DNA from: Methanobacteriota archaeon
Lineage (GTDB): Archaea > Thermoplasmatota > Thermoplasmata > UBA10834
Assembly (NCBI GenBank): GCA_020725925.1
Contig: DYTN01000004.1
Location: 2,802-66,801, forward strand
DNA length: 64,000 bases
Direction of reading: 5' to 3'
Shown here: in pieces, positions 55,567 to 64,000 of the stretch
Layout: each line of letters opens with the position of its first letter
How positions within the stretch are numbered: position 1 is the stretch's first letter
The notes under the pieces: generated by a model
Told to the model about the DNA's origin: nothing
The model's input: only the letters and a program-made list of their open reading frames with translations
Databases searched by the model: none
Position numbers and translations under genes: made by a program

Positions 55567-58500
55567 AAGTCGTATTTCTGCCCGCAGATCGGGCACGCGC
55601 CCGTCCTCTTGGCGCAAGACAGGTGCAGCTGCCCCCCGCATCTGCAGTTCACGATGTCGAACCCTGGCTTGATCCTGCCCTGGCATGAGATGCATCTGGT
55701 GACATCGGTCGCCCTGCCAAGCTTGAACGGCGGGCCCGCAGGGAACACGTTGACCGTGTCCTCGATCTCGAAGCTCTGGACCCTGCCGTCGAGCTGTCTC
55801 CTGGCCGAGATTGTGAGCTTGATCGGCACGCTCCCGCTCTGCCTCGGGACCAGCCTGAGCACGATGTTCGCCTCGGCCCCCGGCTTGAGAGCAGCGACGG
55901 CCGGCGTAGCCTTCGTCTCGAAGTCGCCTGAGACGGCCACGGACACATCTCTCGCAAGGGCCCTGCCCGTGTTCCTGACGGTGAGGGTGAGCTCGCCATC
56001 GGCCCCGTCCTGCAGTCCCGTCGCCACCATGGTTCCCATGATCTCCGGCGAGTACGCCTCTGCAAGCTCCTTTGCAGTGTCCAGCGCCTCTGCCACGAGC
56101 TCGATGGCGGAGTCGTAGTCCTTCTCCCGCTCGATCTCGGCCATCGCTATGAGCCTCTCCGGCTCCCTCTTCGATAGCCCGAACCTGCCCAGGGCCTCCA
56201 TGGAGCTCTCAGCGGCGATCGAGATGTCCATGTACTTCTTGTGCAGCTCCTCGACCCCGAGCATCCTCTGGTCCGCGTCCATCAGCAGCTGGAACGCGAC
56301 CGCGGTGTCTCCTGCGTCCGCGGCCCCCTTGGCTTGCTCGACCATCCCCTCGACGACGCGCACGGAGGCTCCGAACTTCCGGAGCGACTCAGTTTTATCG
56401 TTGATCTCGTCCACGAGGTTCGTTATCTTCTTGGCCATCAGCCCGAGGCAGGTATCCCTGCATGCCATGGCCTGCTGGTACGCGAAGTCCCAGAGCTTCT
56501 CCTGGAAGGAGGTGTTCGCGACCTCGAGCAGGTCCTCGCACGCCTTGGCATTGACTCCCATCTCCTTGGCCTTGGCGATCATCTTCCTGTTCTGGTTCAT
56601 TATGTCCTCGATGGAGTCCTCGAACAGGGTGACGGCCTTGCTCGAGGCGCGCCTGAGGGCGTCCCTGAACTTCGCGAACTCGTGCGCCGCGAGGTACTCC
56701 TGCGCCATGTCGAGTATCTCGTCGCACTCGGCGGTGTCTATCATGACCTTCTTGAGCCTTTCGATGCGCTCCCTGGTCGCGCTCAGCTCTATCCTGCAGC
56801 TGTCCAGGTTCTCCCTGATGGCATGGAGCTCGTCCCCGCTCTCTATCGCAGCGGTCATCGCGTCCACGTACTTGCCCTCTCGGAACAGCCCCTCGGCCCG
56901 GGTCACGAGGTCCGCCAAGCGATCGCTCTTTATGCCCTCGGCGGTCGCGTCCGCGAGCTTCTTCTTGGCGAGGTCTACTGCGCGGGCGCTTATGTCCCTC
57001 TGCAGCTCCGCGCGCTCCATCTCCATCTCGCACTTCATCGCGAGCTTGAGGGCGTCCTGGTACCTTCCCTCCCTGAACGCCTGGAATCCGTCCGCGACGC
57101 AGCTCCCGGCCATGCCCACCTGGAGCCCTTCGGACTCGGCCTTGTCCAGCCTGTCCTTGAACCGCTCCAGCGTGCCCCAGATCCTCGACTTGGTGACTTC
57201 GGACGAGGCCTCTGAGGACTTGCGCGCGAGTTCGAGGGCTATCGCGTACTGATGCCTAGTCAGGGCCTCCACTGCCTGCTCCAGGTACTCGCGGGACTTG
57301 CCGACATCCATGTCCAGCGTCTCGGCGTCCTTGAGGTTGTTGCGCGCCACCCTGATTTCCAGGGCGGCCTGGGAGCTGAGGTTCTTGACATGGTTGATGT
57401 CGTCCTTCGCGGACGAGACGCACCTGAGGGCCTCGACGTAGCCTCCTGTTCTGGCAAGCTCCATCGCCTTCTCCGCCAGCTTCTCCGGCCCCGTGGTGTC
57501 GACACCGACGTTCCTCGCATCCGTCAATAGCCTCTGGAGGTCATGGGTCATCACGGCGATGGCCGACACGATGGCTGCCCTGGTCTCCTGGTCGCACTTC
57601 TTCGCAGCCGCAAGGGCCTCGTCGTAGTTCTTCTGCTTCATGGACTCCTTGGCACGAGTCAGGAGCGCGAGCGGGCTGTCCATGTTGATGCCATTGACTA
57701 TCGCGAGGTCCATGCTCTCCTTTGAGCTGAGTATGAACTTGGCCGCGAGGTACATCGCGAGGCTCTTTTCCGTCTCGGCCATTGTGCTGTCGACCAATCC
57801 CTCTGCGGCATCCACATCTCCTGACACGAACGCCGTTCTGGCCTCCTCCAGCCTCCGGAGGAGGGATGAGACATCCGTCCTCGTCTTGCCCGCCTCGGAA
57901 ATCAGCTCCTCGGTCCTGCGTATCTTGCCTTTGATCGTGTCGAACCTGGTTATGTTGGACTGGAGAGCCGTCTTCGTATCCCTGATGATTCTGAAGGCAA
58001 CACCGTAGTCTCCCGCCTCCGTCTTCCCGCGGACCTCCTTGAGCTGCAGCTTGGCCTCCTCGACGTCCATGCCTATCGTCTTGGCCTCTTCCAGGGAGTC
58101 CTTCACAGACGACAGCTCCGCCTGGACGAGCTTGGTCATCATCTCGTCCGCGTGCTGGATTATCTCTCTCGCCCTGGAGGTGGCATCCTCGTAGACCCTC
58201 CGCGCCAGCGCATCGTTTGCGCGCGTCAGGAGTATCTCCAGGTCCGCGACGTCCCCGTTCATGGAGCGGAGGGCGGCGATCTTCTCGTTCGCGCTCGCGA
58301 TCACCCGGTCGCACTCAGCCTGGCCGATGCCCTCGATCTTGTGCGTGACCTGCTGCAGCAGGTCGTGGGCCTTGTCGAACTCGAACCCCGCGACGTGCTG
58401 CCTTGCCAACGTGATGAAATCAGAAACCTCGCTCAGGGCTTCCCCGCTGTAGCCCTTCACGAACTGGTCTATGCTCTGCAGCCTGTCGCTCATGAGCCTC

Positions 58501-60071
58501 GTCATGGCCATGCCGCCGGCTTCCTTGGAGGCCTCAGCGAGCTTAATGCTCTCGCCCATGTCCTCCTTCGAGAGGGCGTCCAGCGCCTTCTGCAGGATGC
58601 CCTCGGCCTCCGTCATGTCCGCGCCGATCTGCTTGCCCAGCTTGACCGCCTTGTCCGAGACCTCGATGGCGCCCATCGCTGCGTCGTGGGCGATCTTCTT
58701 GACCTCTCCCAGCCCGCGCTTGGTGAGGTCTGTCGTGGCCTCATAATCCCTCGCCTCGAAGGACTTCCTGGCCTGTGTCAGCATGCCCTTGACCGAGGTC
58801 GGGTCGGCACCGAGGTCGACCGCGAACTTCACAGCCTTGGCGAGATCGACTATCTGGTCCCTTGCCTTGTAGAACTTGTCGAGGGCCGAGTCGACCTCCT
58901 TCTTGCTCTGCGCGGCGTAGTCCATGGCGTCCTCGAACTTGCCCGCCTTCAGGTTGTCCCTTGCGGTGTTGAGAAGGAGGATGGCCTTGGTCATGTCCAC
59001 GCCCACCTTCTTGGCGAGGACGAACTTGTCCCTGGCCTCGGATATGACCTGGAGCACGGAGTTGAACTCCGCCTGATGCACGCGCTCGTGCGCTGTGTTC
59101 AGCGCGTGGAGCGCCTCGATGTACTTCTTCTCCTTGAGGGCGCTCACTGCCTGGTCGAGGAGCTGCTGCGGGACCGTGACATCCTCCTTCGCGGCCTTCA
59201 TCTTCCGGATGTTCTCCCTGGTCTCCCTGGCCATCTCCTGGAACCTCGCGGAGATGGAATTCTCCCCCTCCGCCTCGGCCTTCTTCGCGTACGAGAGTGA
59301 TTCCTTGAACCTGAGCGACCCGAGGGCGGTCTTCGCCCGCTCCACATGCGACTCGACCCGGGACATGTCTGCACCGAGCTCCGCCCCCGCAGAGACGAGC
59401 TCCTCTGCCCTCGATATGGTGGAGTTGATCCTCGACTTCAGGTCCTCCCCGGCACCGTCCAGGACCTCCTTTATCTGGCTCATGCATGATTCGTATTCCT
59501 GGCTCTCCAGGGCGGACTTGGCTCTCGAGAGCTGGTCCTCGAAGATGGTGACGTCCTCCCCGAAGTCCTTCGCCTGCATAATCGTCTCCTGGGCCTGCGA
59601 GAACAGTTGTGAGAACAGTTCGTGGACCGCCCTCTCAGCGACGTCGTACGCGTTCTTGGCGTACTTCATGGCGCCCTCGAGGTCCTCCGCAACGACCCGC
59701 TCCTTGCTCCTCTCCAGCAGCTCGCGGGCGTTCTTCGCCTCTCCACCGGAGCCCTGCATGAGCGCGAGCAGCGCCTCGACGGAGTCGCCGACATCGCCCA
59801 GCTTGCGGACATAGGCTGCACGGGCGGCCTCCATCGCCTTCCGGACGTGCCCTAGGGCGGTCTGGTAGTCCTTGGTCGCCATGGCGGCGTCGAAGTCCCT
59901 CTTCGGCCTCTCGACCTCTGAGAGGTCCGCGTCGATCTCCCTGCAGGTCTTCAGGAACTGCTCCAGAGCCTCGAGCTCCTTCTCAGCAAATTCCTTGTTC
60001 CGAGTGGCCTCCTTAGCACGCTCTTCTAGCTGCTTAGCTAACTGGAGGCTCTTTAGGTAGCTTCCCGCCAA
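55563..60071 (-). CDS. Giant alpha-helical tandem-repeat protein (1502 aa) with a C-terminal beta-sandwich (CARDB/Ig-like) domain and a Cys4 zinc ribbon
   Basis: About 15 copies of a degenerate unit centred on [LIV]G[AVM]D[MPTV] followed by helical segments, at roughly 90-aa spacing (LGADMSRV, VGVDMTKA, LGADPTSV, IGADMTEA, IGMDVEEA, VGVDTTGP, LDMDVGKS, MGVNAKAC). C-terminal ELTLTVRNTGRALARDVSVAVSG ... CISCQGRIKPGFDIVNCRCGGQLHLSCAKRTGACPICG. Confidence 0.7.
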   Translation of the reverse strand: MAGSYLKSLQLAKQLEERAKEATRNKEFAEKELEALEQFLKTCREIDADLSEVERPKRDFDAAMATKDYQTALGHVRKAMEAARAAYVRKLGDVGDSVEALLALMQGSGGEAKNARELLERSKERVVAEDLEGAMKYAKNAYDVAERAVHELFSQLFSQAQETIMQAKDFGEDVTIFEDQLSRAKSALESQEYESCMSQIKEVLDGAGEDLKSRINSTISRAEELVSAGAELGADMSRVESHVERAKTALGSLRFKESLSYAKKAEAEGENSISARFQEMARETRENIRKMKAAKEDVTVPQQLLDQAVSALKEKKYIEALHALNTAHERVHQAEFNSVLQVISEARDKFVLAKKVGVDMTKAILLLNTARDNLKAGKFEDAMDYAAQSKKEVDSALDKFYKARDQIVDLAKAVKFAVDLGADPTSVKGMLTQARKSFEARDYEATTDLTKRGLGEVKKIAHDAAMGAIEVSDKAVKLGKQIGADMTEAEGILQKALDALSKEDMGESIKLAEASKEAGGMAMTRLMSDRLQSIDQFVKGYSGEALSEVSDFITLARQHVAGFEFDKAHDLLQQVTHKIEGIGQAECDRVIASANEKIAALRSMNGDVADLEILLTRANDALARRVYEDATSRAREIIQHADEMMTKLVQAELSSVKDSLEEAKTIGMDVEEAKLQLKEVRGKTEAGDYGVAFRIIRDTKTALQSNITRFDTIKGKIRRTEELISEAGKTRTDVSSLLRRLEEARTAFVSGDVDAAEGLVDSTMAETEKSLAMYLAAKFILSSKESMDLAIVNGINMDSPLALLTRAKESMKQKNYDEALAAAKKCDQETRAAIVSAIAVMTHDLQRLLTDARNVGVDTTGPEKLAEKAMELARTGGYVEALRCVSSAKDDINHVKNLSSQAALEIRVARNNLKDAETLDMDVGKSREYLEQAVEALTRHQYAIALELARKSSEASSEVTKSRIWGTLERFKDRLDKAESEGLQVGMAGSCVADGFQAFREGRYQDALKLAMKCEMEMERAELQRDISARAVDLAKKKLADATAEGIKSDRLADLVTRAEGLFREGKYVDAMTAAIESGDELHAIRENLDSCRIELSATRERIERLKKVMIDTAECDEILDMAQEYLAAHEFAKFRDALRRASSKAVTLFEDSIEDIMNQNRKMIAKAKEMGVNAKACEDLLEVANTSFQEKLWDFAYQQAMACRDTCLGLMAKKITNLVDEINDKTESLRKFGASVRVVEGMVEQAKGAADAGDTAVAFQLLMDADQRMLGVEELHKKYMDISIAAESSMEALGRFGLSKREPERLIAMAEIEREKDYDSAIELVAEALDTAKELAEAYSPEIMGTMVATGLQDGADGELTLTVRNTGRALARDVSVAVSGDFETKATPAVAALKPGAEANIVLRLVPRQSGSVPIKLTISARRQLDGRVQSFEIEDTVNVFPAGPPFKLGRATDVTRCISCQGRIKPGFDIVNCRCGGQLHLSCAKRTGACPICGQKYDF

Positions 60072-60231
60072 GGGACATCAAGCTCCATGCGCCAGAGGCC
60101 TGACTCGAAGTGGACCACTGACACTCTTGGACTGAGTTATCATTTTTGTATGCGCATATAAATGTATCGTTTTCTCTATCAGAACTGATACGATTGCCAG
60201 AAGTGCTCACATCCAATGTCCCGAAGCTCTC

Positions 60232-60912
60232 TCACAGCCTTGCCAGCAGGTCCTTGACGAGCGCATTCCCCCTGCGCTCCAGGGCGGACGCCGATGACCC
60301 CAAGGCATCGGCAGCGGGCCGGTCCGTGAGCCCAGCGACGTTGATCCTGACGTTCATCAGCGCTCCCCTGAGGCCGGCATCCGCCAGGAGCACGGCGACA
60401 CCGACGTCGGACCTCGCGCTCTTCTTGCCGATCTCCTCCACCCTTAGCCCCTTGGACAATACCTCGTAGCACGCCTGTGCCGTCCTCATGGGCACCTCGG
60501 CCGCGTGCGCCAACGCGCGCTCGTAGTCATTCGAGGTCTTCCTGGACCGGCTCAGGCCCTTCTCCCTCGCCGCCTTTACGACGAGGTCGTAGGCCTCGGC
60601 ATCCATGGTCGCGAGCCGCACCAGCTCGTCCCTCTTCTCGGCGAACGACCTCCTGAGGTCCTCAAGCTCCAGCCGGTCCGCCTCGTGCTTCCTGCTCTTG
60701 GCGGTGATGGCGCACACCATGGACATGAGCGACGCGGCCATCGCGCCCGCAACGGCGGAGGCGGTCCCTCCGCCCGGCGACGGCTCGTCGCTCGAGAGCT
60801 CCGCGCAGAGGCTCCTGAGGGCGTCGAGGTCCTTCACGCCCAAATTCTCCTCTCCAGGACCTGGTTGCTGGAAAAACCGCCCAGCTTCAGGAACTTGGCC
60901 GCGAGGTCGCAC
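60232..60912 (-). CDS. Formiminotetrahydrofolate cyclodeaminase-domain protein (FtcD C-terminal-domain-like)
   Basis: LCAELSSDEPSPGGGTASAVAGAMAASLMSMVCAIT matches the cyclodeaminase signature (PGGGsasA). The start is uncertain because the listed ORF overlaps the upstream gene by 79 nt. Confidence 0.55.
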   Translation of the reverse strand: MRPRGQVPEAGRFFQQPGPGEENLGVKDLDALRSLCAELSSDEPSPGGGTASAVAGAMAASLMSMVCAITAKSRKHEADRLELEDLRRSFAEKRDELVRLATMDAEAYDLVVKAAREKGLSRSRKTSNDYERALAHAAEVPMRTAQACYEVLSKGLRVEEIGKKSARSDVGVAVLLADAGLRGALMNVRINVAGLTDRPAADALGSSASALERRGNALVKDLLARL

Positions 60913-61733
60913 ACGGCGTCGAGCGGTATGAGGCCGATGATCTCGCTCTCGACCACCTCGACCCCTCTTGCCTCAGCCTCGGCCTTGACCGTCTCGAAGA
61001 CCTTGGAGATTGGGGTGACGGTGTAGTCCGTGAGGTTCATGGACACCTGGACCACGCCCTTCGCCTCCAGGTAGAATCCCAGGGCCTTCACCTTGGGCAT
61101 GCCACCGCTGCTGGCCCTGATCTTCCTGGCTATCTCCTTGGCGACCTTCAAGTCCTTCGAGTCGAGATTGATGTTGAACGCGATCAGAGGCATCCTAGCG
61201 CCCACCGCGATGGCTCCTGCGGTCGGGTGGATCATCCGCGGGCCGTAGTCCGGGTACCTTGATTCGTCCGTGAGGATGGCCTCCTTGAGCACTTCGAACT
61301 CCCCCTTGCGAACGTTCTCGAGGTTGGCCCTCTCCGGCCGCTTGGCCGCGGCCTCGTACATGTACACGGGTATCTTGAGCCCCTTCCCGATGCGCGCGCC
61401 GACCTTGTTGGCTATCTCGACGCAGTCCTCCATCGTGACGCCCGCGATGGGCACGAAGGGCAGCACGTCGAGGGCGCCCATGCGCGGGTGCTCTCCTTCG
61501 TGCTTCGTGAGGTCTATGAGTTCCGACGCGGCCCTCGCGCCCCTGTAGGCCCCTTCCTGGATGTTCTCCTTGCCCCCCGCGAAGGTCACCACGGACCTGT
61601 TGTGGTCGGGGTCCATCTGCACGTCGAGGATCTTGATGCCAGGGACTGACCTTATCGAGAAGACGATTCTGTCGATGACATCCTTCCTGCGCCCCTCGCT
61701 GAAGTTCGGAACGCATTCCACAATCGCGGGCAT
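60834..61733 (-). CDS. ftcD: Glutamate formimidoyltransferase (FtcD N-terminal-domain-like)
   Basis: MPAIVECVPNFSEGRRKDVIDRIV N-terminus is typical of formiminotransferase domains. 299 aa. Confidence 0.7.
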   Translation of the reverse strand: MPAIVECVPNFSEGRRKDVIDRIVFSIRSVPGIKILDVQMDPDHNRSVVTFAGGKENIQEGAYRGARAASELIDLTKHEGEHPRMGALDVLPFVPIAGVTMEDCVEIANKVGARIGKGLKIPVYMYEAAAKRPERANLENVRKGEFEVLKEAILTDESRYPDYGPRMIHPTAGAIAVGARMPLIAFNINLDSKDLKVAKEIARKIRASSGGMPKVKALGFYLEAKGVVQVSMNLTDYTVTPISKVFETVKAEAEARGVEVVESEIIGLIPLDAVCDLAAKFLKLGGFSSNQVLERRIWA

Positions 61734-61796
61734 GGTCCTCGGACCGGGCTACGGCATTGGCTAGCCTGTAGTTATAACCGTCGAGCCTGGGCCAAA

Positions 61797-62333
61797 TCAC
61801 TTCTTCGTGACGTCGACGGACGCCACGCGCTCGAGGACGAGTTCTCCCGTCCTGTCACCTTTGACCGTCTCCAGCTCAGTCCTCGCTATCCCGAACCTCA
61901 GCAGTCGCTCAGAGTCGATGTCCTTCTCCATGTCCGGTAGCTCGGACCATCCGGCTCCTGGTCGAACTGGTCTGTCTGTCAGCTGGGCGACTACGATCTC
62001 CTCCGTCCCCTCGCCAACGGACATCTTCTTGATGGCGCTGCTGAGCTGTCTCTCCCCGGAAGCGTAGAGAAGCGTCTCCATCGCGAGCGAGGACGACGAG
62101 TTCGTCCCATCGGCGATAGCCCTCAGGGCATGATAGAGGGCGGTCCTCAGGTGATCGGCCCCGAAGATGAGGTCCGCCTTGGCGATTACAACCTCTGCCC
62201 CTGCTGCGCCCGCCTCGTCCATGATCTCCTGCATGAGCGAGGGCGCCTGGCCCTTCCTCGCAGGGACCATCCACGCCCTGAGGTATTTCGTGGTCTCCAG
62301 AAACGCGTCTGCCATATGAAACGCCCTCAGCAC
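61797..62333 (-). CDS. KEOPS complex subunit Cgi121-like protein
   Basis: The pattern SLAMETLLYASGERQLSSAIKKMSVGEGTEEIVVA and a C-terminal ELVLERVA resemble archaeal Cgi121, as recalled from MJ0187 (ILVRASGQRQIHEAIKIIG). Confidence 0.45.
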   Translation of the reverse strand: MLRAFHMADAFLETTKYLRAWMVPARKGQAPSLMQEIMDEAGAAGAEVVIAKADLIFGADHLRTALYHALRAIADGTNSSSSLAMETLLYASGERQLSSAIKKMSVGEGTEEIVVAQLTDRPVRPGAGWSELPDMEKDIDSERLLRFGIARTELETVKGDRTGELVLERVASVDVTKK

Positions 62334-62352
62334 GTACGTATGTGTAGATTAA

Positions 62353-64000
62353 TCATCTGTATTCCTTGAGGGACCTCTGCCGGTCCTCGAGCTCCGGAGG
62401 CATCGTCGGGTCCGTCTGGCCGAGCTGGTTCTTGATCGACCTGGCCACCGCCTCGCCTATCGTGGGTATCTGCTTGAGCCTGTCGTAGCTCGTGTTCCTC
62501 AGGTCCTCGATGGACCTGAGCCCGCGGTCGTAGAGCGCCCTCGCCCTCACGCGCCCCACGCCTCCGAGCTTGACGAGATCGAGCAGCTCGCGCTTTATGC
62601 CGTACCCCACCCGAGTCCTCATCTCCCGGGCTGGCTCGACGGCGTCCTTGGAGAACAGCTCCGCGAGCCTGGCCGCAGCGTGGACAAGCCACTCGGCCAT
62701 CTCCATCTTGTTCCTGATGTCTCCCGGCCCTACCCCGAACGCCTCCGCGATGTCGTTCTCGTGCACCTCGGAGACCCAGTCGTGGAGGAGCTTGGCGGTC
62801 TTGAGCTCCGCCAGGAAGAACTCGTACTTGGTCAGGTCAGACGGCGGTTCGATCAGGAGCTGGTCGCTCGCCTCGCTCTCGAACTCCTCTATCCAGCCGT
62901 AGTCCGACTGGCGCAGATACATCACGGGCATGTCGGGGACCGCGCTGATGGCGTGGAGCATGCCGAACTCCTTGCCCGGCTTGTACTTAGTGAGGGCGTC
63001 CCGGATGATCGTGGCCGACTGCGGGTCGATGTACAGGTCGCTCACCCACCTCCCGAACATGGTCGCGCGGAGCGGGTCGCCGTCGTGCAGCATCCCCTCT
63101 CTCCTAAGGAATTCGACGACCCCCGAGATCGTGTCGCTCAGGTAGGCAGCTTCTGTCTGGTGCGCAAGGAACGTCTTCGAGAAGAACGAATTCAGATCGT
63201 CGAAGGACGACGCCGCCTTGGTGGCTATGAGCGCGAGCACATGAGACCTTATCGCGGGCTCGGTGCCAAGCTTGGAGTAGATGTCCTCGTTCTCCCCGAG
63301 CAGGTAGTTCTCCAGGAGCAGGTCCTTCTCCTCCTCGTCCCTCGCGACCAGGATCGCCTCACCGTAGGTGTCGAACCTCGGTCTGCCAGCCCTCCCGCAC
63401 ATCTGCTTGACTTCCAGCACAGGGATTGTCGACCACCCGGCGTTCGCATCGAACCGTCTCACATCCCGCACGATGACCGTCCTCGCGGGGAGATTGATGC
63501 CCGCCGCGAGGGTGGGAGTGGCGACTATGCACCTGAGGAGCCCGCTCTTGAAGGTCGTCTCGACGAGCTTTCTCTGGGCGCTCGTGAGGCCGGCGTGATG
63601 GAACGCGCAGCCGCTCTTGATGCATCTCCCGAGCTTGCTGCCCATGGTCGTGGGCTCGTCCTGCTCGCCTATGAGCCTCTTCGAGGCCTTCGCCAGGTCC
63701 TGGGCCTGATATCCTCCAGAGGATTTCACCACCGCACCGAGGTGGGTCGCAAGCGATTCGCTCGCCTTCCTAGTGTTCACGAACACGAGGCACTGTCCTC
63801 CGGACTCCAGGGCGCTCTTCACCAGCGCGTGCACGGGCTCTTCGGCCTCCAGCAGAACGCGCTTCCTATTGTCCGTGAAGAACACTTTGCCCTCGGCGTA
63901 GACGCCCTCTCGTAGTGGCACCGGCCTCCAGGAGCTCTCCACGAGCGTCGCGCCGAGCCACTCGGCCAGCTCCCGGGCGTTCCTGATCGTGGCCGAGAGG
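62353..64000 (-). CDS. Hel308/Ski2-type DNA helicase, C-terminal two-thirds; the CDS continues beyond the window end
   Basis: RecA-like domain 2 (VFVNTRKASESLATHL ... RDVRRFD), then winged-helix, ratchet and C-terminal HhH (KQIPTIGEAVARSIKNQLG) regions. The frame stays open to nt 64000 (upstream residues IRNARELAEWLGATLV). Confidence 0.75.
   Translation of the reverse strand, partial: LSATIRNARELAEWLGATLVESSWRPVPLREGVYAEGKVFFTDNRKRVLLEAEEPVHALVKSALESGGQCLVFVNTRKASESLATHLGAVVKSSGGYQAQDLAKASKRLIGEQDEPTTMGSKLGRCIKSGCAFHHAGLTSAQRKLVETTFKSGLLRCIVATPTLAAGINLPARTVIVRDVRRFDANAGWSTIPVLEVKQMCGRAGRPRFDTYGEAILVARDEEEKDLLLENYLLGENEDIYSKLGTEPAIRSHVLALIATKAASSFDDLNSFFSKTFLAHQTEAAYLSDTISGVVEFLRREGMLHDGDPLRATMFGRWVSDLYIDPQSATIIRDALTKYKPGKEFGMLHAISAVPDMPVMYLRQSDYGWIEEFESEASDQLLIEPPSDLTKYEFFLAELKTAKLLHDWVSEVHENDIAEAFGVGPGDIRNKMEMAEWLVHAAARLAELFSKDAVEPAREMRTRVGYGIKRELLDLVKLGGVGRVRARALYDRGLRSIEDLRNTSYDRLKQIPTIGEAVARSIKNQLGQTDPTMPPELEDRQRSLKEYR

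Noticed and set aside
1-64000. A search for CRISPR arrays, rRNA genes and IS transposases
   Set aside because: No regularly spaced direct repeats with unique spacers, no rRNA-like segments and no DDE transposase translations were seen. The repeat clusters at 25.4 kb and 41.7 kb are irregular motif clusters, not CRISPR arrays.

Overview
High-GC (about 60-65% by eye) archaeal chromosomal segment. Archaeal identity is supported by three intron-containing or archaeal-type tRNAs with BRE/TATA promoters, a GINS fragment, aRNase J, a GPN-loop GTPase, the siroheme-dependent ahb/hem heme-biosynthesis cluster, the HMG-CoA synthase/thiolase/DUF35 operon, KEOPS Cgi121 and Hel308. Core genes include two non-pyrrolysine MttB-family methyltransferases, tdh-kbl, an ahbABCD plus hemABCDL and SUMT heme cluster (31.2-41.0 kb), an MIO-type ammonia-lyase, a TldD/TldE pair, FtcD, and two giant (about 1500 aa) alpha-helical repeat proteins that both end in Cys4 zinc ribbons. 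Two accessory regions stand out. (1) A roughly 10.9 kb low-GC island (about 20.25-31.2 kb) carries defence-type genes: an overlapping C39-like cysteine peptidase plus an unknown 333-aa partner, a HEPN (Rx4H) Abi-like protein, a DUF2726-like nuclease, a beta-class amino-methyltransferase fused to an Mrr-like nuclease domain, and a three-gene cassette of paralogous small proteins. It is flanked by an imperfect direct repeat and ends near a tRNA 3'-end-like fragment. (2) An AT-rich mobile region (41.4-47.5 kb) contains a truncated and frameshifted amidohydrolase pseudogene, a GIY-YIG protein, RHH and wHTH proteins, and an intact tyrosine integrase that abuts tRNA-Pro(CGG). The two AT-rich regions share a homologous non-coding repeat block in inverted orientation, 16 kb apart. 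A tandem pair of Csa3-like CARF-wHTH regulators lies outside any visible CRISPR context. No CRISPR array or rRNA was seen. All calls come from reading the sequence and translations, with motif recognition from memory and no database searches.
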